Shown piece by piece: positions 13,863 to 27,500 of a DNA stretch of 64,000 nt. The translations under genes were made by a program, and so were the position numbers. Under the pieces are notes generated by a model. The model had not been told where the DNA came from and ran no database searches. It saw nothing but the letters and a program-made list of their open reading frames with translations. Within the stretch, counting starts at the first letter, position 1. Every line of letters starts with the position of its first letter. This stretch comes from Nemertoderma westbladi (lineage: Eukaryota; Animalia; Xenacoelomorpha), in assembly GCA_032718475.1 (NCBI GenBank), contig JAUCBJ010002722.1, positions 62,001-126,000 on the forward strand. Reading direction: 5' to 3'.

Positions 13863-14399
13863 CCATGTAAAACCAAACTAAACATCGGGTGCACAGTATA
13901 TACAAAAAATAAAATTTAAATATTACTCTAAAGAAACCAGATTAAAAATTGCGGAACCAGGTCAGGCCTCAATATTTTTGTATGAAAAAACTTCCCCTGA
14001 CGTTCTAAAACAAGTGAATTAGGATGTCTCTATGTTCAGTATCTCGCAGTTAGTTTGTTGATGGCCACCAACTGCGCAATCTATTATACATTCTATGTAT
14101 AATAGGTTCAGATATAGACATAATTAGTTTTTTATAACACCATCGATTGCTCTGAACTGTATGCGTCATGCCTATGTAACTACTAGATACTTTATTTTTC
14201 TTTACTTTACTTTACGTTACAATGTAAAATTATACTTGTGCTTTATAATTTACCCGGTATATTTATTTATAATCTCATATATATATATATGTATATATAT
14301 ATGTACATATATACATATATATCTGCTTACCTATGGATTTTTTAATCTGGATTAAAGAATAATTATTATGTCTTACATTCTTTTATACTTAGCAAATAA

Positions 14400-16060
14400 C
14401 GACTATGGTGGGGTTTCTGCAAGCAAGCTCTCACTGCTGTAAAAGAGAGAGAAGAAATTGGAAAATTGGATTAAAAGAGAGCAGAAATTGGAAAATTGGA
14501 TCATCTTGGTCGGGTCTACTACCAAGGGAATAACAATCCTCCATGAAGGTCCAAAAGCCGAGGGGCTATTAACCACTTGTCTATTGGAAGCATTATCAAG
14601 GCGATTACGATCCACTCCAGTTTAAATGGTGGGGACAATGGTCTGGTTGTGTGATCCAGGTGCATTCGCTTACATTATATCTTGTAATGACCTGTCCATT
14701 CTCGGTGAGGGGCGCCATTGTGACAATATGGGGCCCAACCATGATACACTCACTGGTCCAGATGGTCATGTATTAGAGTCGTTCGGGGTGGATATGATAG
14801 TGTATACTGCCTGTTGTCCATGTTCTAGAACATGCCTGTTGCTATAAAGGAACTTCAGGGAATCTGCTGTCGGATTGTACCAGTCGAGGATATGTAGTCG
14901 ACCCTAGAGGTAGTGACATAAATAAGAACGGTTGGTTTGACTTACAATGTGTATTTGTTCTGATATTCTCTAGTCTCGATAACTACTACCTCACCAATAG
15001 TGTCATTGTAAGTACGTTGCGAATAACGTATACACCAATAATACCAATAAGATAATGTACTATAGAAAGTGTAGAAAGAGGCGACATTGAATGTAGAATT
15101 ACACTCAAGAATGAAATCCTACTCTGAAATAGTACCAATAACCACTAAACATCTGGCTGCTCTAATATTAACACTTCAACCAAGGCCCTTGTATGTGCCC
15201 TGCAAATCCCAGGTACTCATTCTGGCTGTGTGTATTCCCAAACAATATTGTCCCCTTTGTTCTGTACAACAATGATTACTAAATGCACATTATACCATCC
15301 TACTGTATTACAATCACTTCATATAATTATTGCATCTTTTGGCTTCACTAACATGCAGTGTTTAATGGATTTGGTCATTTACATTGCTTCCTCACATTTT
15401 GTTTGTTCATTACTTTAACACACTTAATCATACCGGACTATAACTCTGTCAGTAGTCAATATTACATTGTTATTACCCATCCTAATTATTTCCTTTATTG
15501 GTTTGGTATTATTCACTCACAGGTGGGGAAAATCCAACATTTGGTACACCACTAAATTATAGAACTTAGTTGGATAGCCTGGTGCCCTTCGCAAAGGCGA
15601 AGCGCACTCTGACCACATACCTTGGGGTCGAATGAGGTTCTTAAAAACGTAATGGGTTTTATCAGTGCTGTTGACGGGCACAATATCCGGATTGATGGTG
15701 TGATGCAGGGTATAACTAACGTACAGTATCGTTGAGAACAGTATGGCATGTGATGTGTTGATCCCGATGCTCACAGGATCAAGTTGGCTCATTTGATCCA
15801 AAATGGTTTTATACACAATTTCAATGTTATAAGATTATTATACCTCGTCATGAGCTGTGTGAAAAACCTCCGGTCTGGCACAGACAAACGTAATGTACGC
15901 GAGGTTACCTTCAAATGAAGGACATTCAAATGTTCTGGTTTCATATCCCCATTTTCTGCTCCCTGTCTCAATTCGCTCTTTATCTGCTTATTTCCGGACG
16001 ATAATTGATCACTTTTGCAATTCACTGTTGTAAACAGTTCCGCGAGAATGAGATGGCACA
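14400..16060 (-). mobile_element. Highly decayed Penelope-like RT remnant (tentative)
   Basis: THYVFKN...QGMWSECASPL resembles the PLE N.F.F.....Q..G..MGS..AP.LA motif; otherwise fragmented. Confidence 0.35.
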
Positions 16061-16173
16061 ATTAATTAAGTACGACTGACTAAATATTTACGAAAGGGCT
16101 TAGTCTGGAATAATATTATGGTTTTGTTCAGAAGTGGAAAGAATGAGAAAGCGCATCACCGGGGGGTTGAACC

Positions 16174-16219
16174 AGCGCTATACGTACGTTTCGGCCTAAC
16201 AGGCCTCGTCAGTAGCGCT
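16174..16219 (-). ncRNA. Type I hammerhead ribozyme (canonical core)
   Basis: Minus strand: AGCGCUA-CUGACGA-GGCCU(GUU)AGGCC-GAAA-CGUACG-UA-UAGCGCU; 7-bp stem I, 5-bp stem II, palindromic stem III. Confidence 0.9.
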
Positions 16220-16520
16220 AACCAGCTCAGCCACTTGTCCCTGACACTCACATTCACACCTAATCCACTTCTATTGAACGGGCAGTCTAAGTTGCATATA
16301 TTCATCTCTAACAGCGGACCTAACGGCCTCAAGTATGCTAGAGTGAAACAGGAGGGAAGTACAAATAAATAAATATTCAGCTCTAGTATTGCTGCCAGGT
16401 GATATTAATTAAAATAAATTGGACATGAGCTGTTGCAACTGTAATTAAAGGTGTAATACAGCATTGTGGTTTTGTTCAGAAGTGGAAAAAATGAGAAAGC
16501 GCGTCACCGGGATTTGAACC

Positions 16521-16562
16521 AGCGCTATACGTACGTTTCGGCCTAACAGGCCTCATCAATAG
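16521..16562 (-). ncRNA. Second hammerhead copy, core-mutated (UUGAUGA), stem I 5' arm degraded
   Basis: Minus strand cta-TTGATGA-ggcctgttaggcc-GAAA-cgtacg-TA-tagcgct, 347 bp from the first copy. Confidence 0.75.
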
Positions 16563-18329
16563 TTTGCAGTGTTCACTGTCTCACAGAGTCTCTCAGTGTT
16601 AGTTCGTTAAGTAAGTTCTTTCAAATAAGATGCAGAGGATATTATCTATCACTTAAATGTTAGTGAATAAGTCCGTTTTGTAAATTGATTTACAAAAATA
16701 AAATATAGGTTTTAAATCTAAATTAAGCAAAATAAGTCGACTAAAACCGCAAAGGTCACCTTTTCAGCAACACCGCTTCCATTCATTTTGCCCGGGCGAA
16801 GCTAACCTTGGCAAAAACTCAAATTACTGTACATATAAAAATAGGTCTATCATATAAAATATCTCTGCTCATGAGCAAAAATCTATTAAGTAAGGTTCTA
16901 ATAATTAAGCTAAATGAATTCGTTGGGGTACCATTTACTTATTTTCCGTATATGGTGTAAAATAAATTTTACATGAGTCACATAAAGCAAATTTTATAGT
17001 ATTTATAATAATAAAAAGTAACCAGAAAAATACATGTTTATTTCTAAAACTAAATGCATTTTTCTTCTTAGAAATCCGTTTACGACGCTTCAATGGTGGG
17101 GCTTCTGGATAATCTTTAAAGGTTTTGTAGGTTCGTTATATAAGTATAACCTTTAGAACCATACCATAACACCAATAATAAATTATATTGTATAAGGGGT
17201 GATATACTTTTTTTAATGAGAAAATTAAGCATTCATTTTCTTACTTAGAAAGCCATAGAACGAGGGATCCATACCTGCTATTTAAGTGGTTACATACAGT
17301 ATAATGGTTCTGAAATTCCTTCGGGTCACATTTGACCCAATTCTATTTTTGTGAACGATTCCAAAAGGTACATCGGTAACTTCACTGCGATCACTGAACC
17401 TTTTACCCGGTTTCTGTATCTTTTCACATTCCTGGGAGTAAATCAAAGCACAGTAGCTCGTTATCTTTTATATTCTGATTACAGTTTATTAACAGTGTCC
17501 GAAGTTATAACCCCTGCTTTTCACCGAGACCGACTTAGTCTGACACCATGTAACACCCCTGACCCTTCACCTTAGACCGACCCAAGGACCCTAGCCCCTT
17601 TTATCACTATACAATCTAAGCTCCCCCAAGTCAAAGTCAAAACTACATTACAAACAGATTAGTAACAATGATTCAGTCTGCTGCTATCAGTTCAGATGGT
17701 TTTCTCGGTCTTATTCATTAATCCTCCTAATGGGGCGATAATATGGATTAGGAGTCATATTGGTGAAGTCAACACACATGATGCCACACAGCAATAACGA
17801 TACAGTGCAGGTACGTTACATTGCTTTAGTATACTGAATTTAACGCATCACTATAATTTGTTAAGTAAACACAATCGTCTATTTTTTGTTTATACATTAG
17901 CGTCAACTTATGAACTCGAACACCAACAATAATTTTCCATCAGCTAGCCAATGAAAAACCAATGTTTGTTAATCGGTGATGATTGGTTTGCTAAGAGAAG
18001 TAAAGTTTATAATAAATAAAATATGAAGTATATAAGGCGTCACTATAATTTTATTCAACACATTTTAACTAAATACTTTAACTTCCCTTAAAATATAGAA
18101 TTGTCTTTGCTTATAGTTGGAGAGAAGCTAGAGAGAAGCCTAGACTTGAGAAAATATACTTTGCATTATTGAAACAGCTCAATTTAATATTGTAAGTATT
18201 TGGCCACAATATCTTAAGTGTTACTCCACTCCTAATTTTTGAAATAATTTTTTGGGTTTCCTCTCTCACTTGAAAGTACAATAAATTCATTGGAATGAAA
18301 GAAAATTAAATGAAAGTTTATAGTCATAG

Positions 18330-18492
18330 TAAAAAGTAAAAATGTAAATTTTCTTCGGCCGCTAGGCCAGGGATTACGCACAAAGTCTTACGACTTATTT
18401 CCAGTGCGGTCCCCCCAGAACTTTACTCCACAGAGGAAACTCTAGTACTCATTTAGCTACCAATTAAGGATGCAAGGCAGAGATGCGCCCTG
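18330..18492 (-). mobile_element. 5'-truncated copy of the tRNA-derived SINE
   Basis: Matches the 3' half of 1962-2243 (aaattttcttcggcc...gatgcgccctg). Confidence 0.9.
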
Positions 18493-19759
18493 ACTAATTC
18501 AGCAAATTAACCTAATATAATAACCTCGGCCTGCGGCCTCGGTAATTATACAGGTTAATTTGCTTCTGGAACGGCATCAGTGATTATTCAGTTTTATTCG
18601 CTTCAGGTTATTATTTCCGTATATTAACTCTAGAACAATGCAATATTGTATGTTTAATATATGCCTAATACATATGTTTCTTATTTATTTTTGAAAAGAA
18701 ATTTACGTGCTTTGGTTACTGGGGAAACATAGTTCTGAAATAAGACGTTGGGTGATCTAATTCAGTAATTGATATTTTGATTGCAAGATGGTTATTTTGA
18801 TATTTATATTATATTTTTAAATTAGGCCTTATATTTTGATATTATTTGTTATTTTGATTCAAGTTGATTTATAATCTATTATTGATATGTCTGTTCGGTG
18901 AGCGTAACTTAAGCTGTTACTAACGTAGATAGCGGACCCGTTTATTGTTCGTTGTCATTTAGTGTTTTGGTTACAAAAGCCCGACCCTGTAACCTACACC
19001 GTTCCCTCAATGAATACTTTCAAAATTATTTTGACAAATGCGGATATATTTAATAAAATTGGCATTTTGGGACATTTAGTAGGCGCAGAGTATTTATGAA
19101 ATTAATAATAAGGCACCAAACACGAAAATAAATTAAAAATATACAACGAACTTCATTTAAATCCGAAAAAATACATATACATAAAAGATTACATAAGTAA
19201 GAGAAAATTACAAAAGCAACGGAAAGTAACACTTAACAGTTGCAGCGAACAGATTTAATTACAACGATTCCACATTTATTAATGCACTTAAATAAACTGA
19301 ATATAAGTTGCGGTGAATTTATTTTTGGTATTCCCGGGTGGGTATTGTCATATCCAATCTGGTTATTTGATAGCAGACATTCATCCTCATGGTACATTTT
19401 TGAAAAAAAATGTGCCCGTAACTACGTCAGCAATTTTGACATTTTTTGATTTATAAGCCGTAGTAGAGAAGAATGAAAAAATGTGTGTTAGTATTAGGTT
19501 CCAGCTGCTACATATTGGACGCATAGCTCAAAAACAATAAAGGCAAAAGTTTTTATTAACATATAATTGGTGTATTTTATGATTAAAATTAAAGCAATGG
19601 CTTGATAGGATAGCACAATACCAAGTTTCACTCCAAATAAAAAGGCGCATTAAATACCAGCCGTTACATAATCTACTGATAGTGAGTGGTTTCCGTAAAT
19701 TACAAAGATAATGGTAAAATACTTCTGTGAAGAAATCATTGCCATACCTACTTCCTGTA

Positions 19760-20305
19760 GGAGAGATGCAGCAGCATGATTGGAGAGATGCGTCAGCATG
19801 ATAGGAGAGTTGCAGCAGCATGAATGGAGAGATGAAGCAGCATGATAGGAGAGATGCCGCAGCATGAATGGAGAGATGAAGCAGCATGATAGGAGAGATG
19901 AAGCAGCATGATAGGAGAGATGCAGCAGCATGACAGGAGAGATGCAGCAGCATGATAGGAGAGATGCAGCAGCATGGTAGAAGAGATGCATCAGCATGAT
20001 GGGATAGATGCAGCAGCATGATAGGACAGATGCAGCAGCATGATAGGAGAGATGCAGCAGCATGATAGGAGAGATGCATCAGCATGATGGGATAGATGCA
20101 GCAGCATGATGGGAGAGATGCAGCAGCATGATAGGACAGATGCAGCAGCATGATAGGAGAGATGCAGCAGCATGATGGGAGAGATGCAGCAGCATGATGG
20201 GAGAGATGCAGCAGCATGATAGGAGAGATGCAGCAGCATGATGGGCGAGATGCAGCAGCATGATGGGATAGATGCAGCAGCATGATAGGAGAGATGCAGC
20301 AGCAT
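19760..20305 (+). repeat. 22-bp minisatellite (gcagcagcatgataggagagat), about 24 copies
   Basis: Direct periodicity; explains the repetitive minus-strand ORFs. Confidence 0.95.
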
Positions 20306-21595
20306 CAATTTCGGTAATACTCTATCTTGAGAAACAGAACTGAGTACAGTTCTTGGGTATTTTTTAAATTGGTTGGCAGATATTTATGGAATTTGTACTG
20401 TCCGGTTAAGGATGACAAGTTCTCGAATTCAAATTAAGCCTAGGCGATATTATCAGAGATGTAGCGATTTAAGATACATGTGAACGGACTGTCAATCAAT
20501 TTGAACATATTTTAATTGAATCACAATAATATAAATTATTAAAAATGAACCTTCCATAGCTGACCAATCTCGGTCTCACCATTCGCTGATGTAGGATGAT
20601 CAAAAACTGCGTGATGAAGCTATTGCTAAATCTTTACTGAACTCAATCGGCGGCTTCTGATCCTAAATCTATGAGCGGACAAAATATTTGCCAAATAATT
20701 AAAAAATTTTAGACGCAAAGCCCATTTATTCCGGACCTTACTCCGAAGGTATTCCAGGAATACACTGCCAGTTCTTGGCGACCCTTCCGCTATCAAAAGT
20801 ATCAATGTTAGTTTATATTCATTTTATTTCAACTTGATCATTTCATTCAGCCACAGGATATTTTTGAAGTGCTTTGTGTCGTCATGGTCTGATGCTTTGA
20901 AGAGTGGAGTTGAAGGTGGCTGTGGCATCTTGATGGCATTGTGGACTATGTCACACAAAATTATCTATGTGTTCAGTATGGCTGGTACCGTATCTGAATA
21001 TTAAACCATTGTTACATGATAAAAACAACTCATTGATACCAATATAACCTACACCAAGCAGAAGAACATCGGTAATAGGCTGATAATGCTGAAAAAAGTT
21101 GTCATTGACCTGTTATCAGCGATATTTAACACACAGAGTAACATTATGGATTATTTCCCTATTATTTTGCGAAATATTACCCTAACTAATAGTCAACATT
21201 GTTATCAGGAGGTGGTCTGACACTGACTTAGTGGATTGTAGCGGATTATAATTTCTGATATTGCTATTGGGGCTTTCGGGCCAAATTATGCCCGAATTCC
21301 GAGTAAAGATTACTAATTATTCCGACAAAGAGCCTCATGACTTGGGGTTAGCGTTCAATTACTGTTTTAATTATGGTTTATGCCTGACCAACAAACCCTA
21401 ACCTAAAAAACAAACCAATATCCCAGATATTACCTACAAAACATCCCAATCTTGTTAAAAAACAACAAAATAAAATAAAATTCAATGTCTATGGTCTAAA
21501 AATACAAGTGAACAATTTTCCATTTTGTTACAAATTTAACGTGGGTTATGCTGTTGCAACCCTCGCTAGGTATTACTATTTTATATCCGTTATAG

Positions 21596-24500
21596 ATGTT
21601 GCGTGTTACTAGAGTTACGGTTTCACTATTGACTTTATCATCTGTTCTGGTGGCAGTTTCTCCTTGTCGAGAGTTTAATCCAAAACAGTGCTTCAGATCG
21701 TGTAACTATGGATACCGAACTGATGGTCTAGGCTGTGCCACTTGCCATTGTAAAGTTGGCTCATTGTTGCACAAGAGAGATATTAAACTCCCCGGTAAGA
21801 AACAATTTTATAATAAATAATTATTAATAAATTAATAGTAATTTATCATTATTGTGCCATTTGTCAGGGAACCTTTTGTTCTTGCTTGTTGTTTCTCTAT
21901 ACTTTTTGTACCAAATTTTTTTCTCAGTTTCAGACTAGCGACTGCAGATAGGATAATATCCTAGTTATTCTTAGTCAAGCAAGTTAAGTTAAATATTATT
22001 TAACTTAACTTGCTTGACTCAGAATAACTAAAACTATTAAAATTTGCTTTACTATTTTACATTATTATATCGAACAATAAAGTATTTATTATGTCGTCAA
22101 CTTCGAAACATTTTAATTGAATTAAAGTAATTAATTATATATCTGGAAACATCCCAAACATCCTATTCTACATAAACAATATTATTCACTTGTTATAACA
22201 GGTGTTAACCTCCCACCACCAAATGAGTTTACTTGCTGGTTTAACTCACATCTCATGCCCCCCAGTTCGTTTAATAGTGAAATTATTATAGTTTTCATTA
22301 GATTAAACGGACGAATATGGAGAATAATAGAAAAATAATAATAGTTCATGGAATTCCCAATCTTTTCGGTTTCCTGGAAATACGATCATTTCTACGAGGA
22401 CATGCTGCACTTAAGTCTGGAGGTGGTTTTAATTTATTCTCATAGATATCCTCCACTTTCATATACAGTTGCAGGAAGCGGCGATTTCTTATGTTAATTT
22501 TTTCCCCGATACGAACATTATAACTTCGCCCACTTCCCTCTAGACGAACTGATTCTATTCCACCAGAATGGTCCCACAGTTTTGTTTTATTGTTCTGAAT
22601 TCTAACGTGAGTACCTATTTCTAGGTTGGATAATTCATGAGCATCGGAATCGAAATGGTCTTTGCTCTTCTGGAAGATATTTACTCTCTTCTCCAATGTT
22701 GACTTCTGCAAATCAATTGTTATAGGAGTATATGAAATAGATGGCAGTGTGGTTCGTAGTGGACGACGGTATGCGGATCCAGGCAGGTCTCGACACAGAA
22801 TCTCGATGGGCAGTATGTGAGCTAGAACTACTAGCAATACAGTGGGCCATGGAACGTTGTAAACTCTATCTGTTGGGTATAGAGTCATTTGAAGTGGTAA
22901 CAGATCATAAGCCTCTTGTAGGTATCTGCAATGGACAATCATTAGATGCCATGGAGAATGAATGTCTTCATAGAATTCTAGAAATATTGTTACACTTCAA
23001 TGTTACATGGCGTAAAGGAGCAGACCATTGTGCAGCAGATGCATTAAGTCGCTCACCTGTAGAACCAGCCCCAAAGGAGGAGGATGGTGAAGAAACAACA
23101 CATATTCGATCAGTGTGGAGTGAATATGCAAACGCAGATAATCAAGAAACAAATACTGGTGATATCTTATTTGAATTTCTTAAGACAGCAGCAGAAAAGG
23201 ATGACAACTACAAAGAATTAATATCATCTGTGATAGGATCGAGTGTAATGCCTCTACCATGCCTCTACTGGTTGCCTCTGTGTGCCTTCTGACATGCCTT
23301 GGTCAATTTTTTCTTTTTTTGTGTCTTTTTGTAACTGCTGATTGTATTTGCGGTTATGGTGCCTGATGTCATTTTTGATAGGGAGATTGGCCTTTAGCGC
23401 CCACTTCTAGTTGTATTAAGTTGTATTGTTTTTATTTGTTCGAGTGACATGATTCCTTTTCTATAACTTTTTGTTGCCACTCACTTGATTCTAGGCCCAC
23501 AGTGATTAATAGGGATACAACATCTGCTATTGGCATATGGCGTCCATCTCAGCCTCAATATAACCTGTTTCTACCCGGACAATATAGTCCCTGATTGACT
23601 CACCTTTTATTTGCCTTAATAGTGTAGCATCAAAACGACGTTGAATGAGGCTCACCTGAAAGGCAATGTCATCAGCGAAAGCATTTAATACGTCCTTAAC
23701 TTCCCTGTTCTCATCCAGGTGAAAGAAAACTGGTATCCTTTCTGCCATGGATATAGACAAGCAGGATCGTAGGTGATGCCTCTGGATATGGACTTCCATT
23801 TTAGACATTTCATTAGTGTCATAGAAGGCCTCAAACCGTTTTCTCCATTGTAGAAATTCAGACAACGAAATATCAGATTCCAATTGTTGTGGCTTTAGAG
23901 AAGTATCAACCTTATGATACTGGCTTCCAGGTCTAGGGTGCCCATGGTTAATCCCAGCAATTAAGGTTGTGTCTTCCAATTCATTTGCCATTTCTCCAAT
24001 GCCATAAATGACCTCCCTGAGCATGGCATAAAGAGTGGAAACTTCAATTGAACTGGGATCAATATCAGCTTCTTCTTCCGTTAGAGCTGCTGCTTCTAAA
24101 CAACGAAGCTGTGCCAATTCAAATCTTTCAACTGATTCAAGAGCTTTCGAATCGGCCTCTTCCTAGTTTTTAATTGCTGTATCTATGTAACCACATTATG
24201 TACCAGCCCAATTTTTATACAAGAATTATTCAAATTTAATGGCGCATCTTTTGCAAAAAACAATTGCAATTCGATTTCAACTTTTCGATGTGGGTGCCCC
24301 CTCAAAATTTGGTCCCCAGCAGAAATTTTTTTGAAATAATTTTCGAATAATACAAGGTCATTTTTGAGTTAGTAATTCTTTATGGGGGGCGTTGGGGCTT
24401 TTTTTATTGATTCTGATTCGTATGGAGCACTCTACTACTCTATAAAAGTATGTAAGGGAAGTGGTACGTCATTTTTGGTGCACTATAATTAGGAGGGCGT

Positions 24501-27500
24501 GGCATATCAAATTTTCAAGATTGCAATAATGGTTAATAACGTTCCACTCAAAGGGTTGGACAACACGATGGTTGCCCATAAACGTGGTCTTCCACCTTTG
24601 GGAGTCCATTGCTGTGCCATTGCTCATGTTCCAGCTGAAGTTCAATATCGGTGCCATGAATCTTACTGACATGGACAACATGGACATCTTCTACCGCAAA
24701 ACTCTGCGTGGCCTAATTCATCTCGGACCATATGTGAATAACTCCACTTTGCACAAATTATCCGGATGCAGCCCATTATCCATGGTGGCACTGCGTTTCT
24801 GTGTTGGAACTCTGCTACGTACCCTAAATTGCCCCAGTCAGTCTCTCCAGCTGGGGTTCAGGTTGGCACTGTGTAGTAATCTACATCGTTATACTCATTA
24901 TAAGGGCATTTCCTCTGGCTACCGAACTGCTGTTTCCTTGTATGCCCTACCACGCCCCTTTTCCATTACAACATATTATTACTCAACGTCATCTGTTGTG
25001 GCACGGATTAGCACGAGTAATCCGACAGCGAGGGATAGAATTTCCGCTAACTTTATAAGCACTGTCTTCAACACAAGTGCTTTGAGTCTTGAGCAGAAAC
25101 GCTCTCTCATACTAGAATACTTCAACGTAATTTAACGAGTATGTGTTCTGCCCATATACGTACTCTATGAGTTAGCTGACCTCTACTGTTGCGGTCGGCT
25201 GATGGGCACGCACTGTTCATAAGTATGTTCCCTCCCATTACCCATTCCCAGTTGCTCGAACCAGAGCCTCTCCCCCTCTCTCTTTGTCTGGTGCTTTTAC
25301 TATATATTTATATATATGCATTTTATTTTAGCCATGGTGCTATTTTACTTAATTGTATCTAATATAATACCGGTTCGCCCGGGCGTTCTGTTGAATGAAT
25401 GAATGGTTAAATACTCCGAAGTTTTGATTTCAACGCATTTTTTATTTTTTTATTATTTTATTATTTTTTATTATTTCAACGCGGTTTTCTGGCCCGCTTA
25501 CTACTAGGATCGGCATGCTGCATTGCAGCTGCATTTTTAAGAATGCTGTGCCGGCTTGTCAACAAAATTGCCCGCTTAATCGATTGAAAGTAATATAGAA
25601 GTCTCAATTCTTAGTGGTACATCATTTTTGGTGCACCAATATTAGGGCGTGGCAAATAGACATACATCAAATTGTCAAAATTATGATATTCAGAAAATAC
25701 CATATTTTCATTTCAACCCATTTTTATAGGTTATCTGGACCGCTGAATCGATTGAAAGTAATATTGAAGCCTCAAGTCTTACTGGTACGTCATTATTGGT
25801 ACACCACAATTAGGGAGTGGTACTTTTTCAAAATTTGAATAAGTGCCACTCCCTAATTTTGGTGCACCAAAAATGCCGAACCACTAAGTCTCCAGGCTTC
25901 TATAATACTTTCAATTGATTCAGCGGTCCAGAAAACCTATAAAATGCGTTTAAATCAAAAGATGGGGGCATTTTCCGAATATCGTATTTTGAAAAAATTT
26001 AAGTGCCACGCCCACTTCTTAAGTGCATGAAAAATAGCAACCAGTTCAATTTTCGGAAATGGAATATAATCACATTCGATTCAGCGTAGTGAAAAACTTA
26101 CTAATGCTAGCCAACAATGGCACACTATCAGTTTTTAGAATATCAAAAAAATGTATATTTTGTCCTGGGACTACTTCTATTTTTCATGAAAATTATAATA
26201 CCCACCTTATGAAATTTTCATTTTTTTGGATTTGAAAATGTTCTTCCATAATTTTTTCACCTACAACCAAAATTTCGTAGGATTTTATTGGATGATTACA
26301 AAAATACAGCGGGGGGGGCCGAATCGACCCCTCGCCAGTGCTGCTAATGGTCTAAACAAAACACCACAGTGGTAATAGGGTTAACCTCCCACCACCAAAT
26401 GAGTTTACTTGCTAGTTTAACTCACATCTCAGAATATAAAAGGCTAATTGAGACTTTACCACGCAGTAATAGTGGTGAACGCTATGCAATTAATTGTCTA
26501 ATAGGATTAGAGTATTATAGTGATTTGAGTAATAAGATACGACCGGAATAACACATGATCTTTAATATTTTACCTCCATATTTCAACTTTTAAATATGCA
26601 CGCCCCCAGTTGACACATAAACATTCACCTCCGCTCATAATGTAAAAAAAGGGTTGCGAAATATTCAGTTGGTAAAATAGTTGTTACTTCTGATTGGTCT
26701 CCAATGTTAGAGATGCCAGCTTTCAACTTTCAAGTAAGACAGAACATACAGGACTTGAGCATTTTGAAATTTTAAAGTTGACTGTTAATGTGTAAAGGTC
26801 TCCATTGACTACAATGTGTTATATCTTTTTGTTGGAAGTTGAAAGCTCATATTTCACTACTTACCGATACTGAGCGAACATGCATTACTTTTTATTCAAA
26901 TAGATGTAATAAAGTCTCTGCTAGAAGTCGGTTCTACATCTCGCAATAAAAGGGGTATAGGGAGCAGTAAAAGTTTTGATTTATGGAAAGAGTACCCCCA
27001 CGAAAATACCTATCTCGTTCCCTACTACATTTCCTACAATGAGAACTCCAAACTGAAAGAAGCAGTGGAAGATGCTGCTAAGTAAGTAAAGTTACTACTA
27101 ACGTCTTACACATTCTATAAATACACACATACGTATTCAAACAAGTAGTATTCAAGTAGTACAATATTCACACAAAAAGTCCTAAGATACTTACGGGGTT
27201 GGAAAACAGGGAACCAATATCCCCAGCTCTACCAGTCGAAACAGCTAGATCATTGAAATAATCTGCTAATGGAATAGACTGGTTGAGGTATAGCAGTTAT
27301 ATAAAGTTAATACAAATTATGTTGACACAATGTAAAATAGGTTGTTTATTATTGGGAATATATGCAAAAATTCCAATTATGTTATCCCTAATCGCTACTG
27401 GTGTAACATCATTTAGGTTTCCTTTGCAATGCAGAAGACGAACCCCACCAGCTACTGTAGTTCCTCTTGTACCGTTTGAATTCATCATAAAATTACCATA

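Noticed and set aside
19528-20308. Cys/His-rich repetitive ORFs
   Set aside because: Translations of a 22-bp minisatellite, open in several frames
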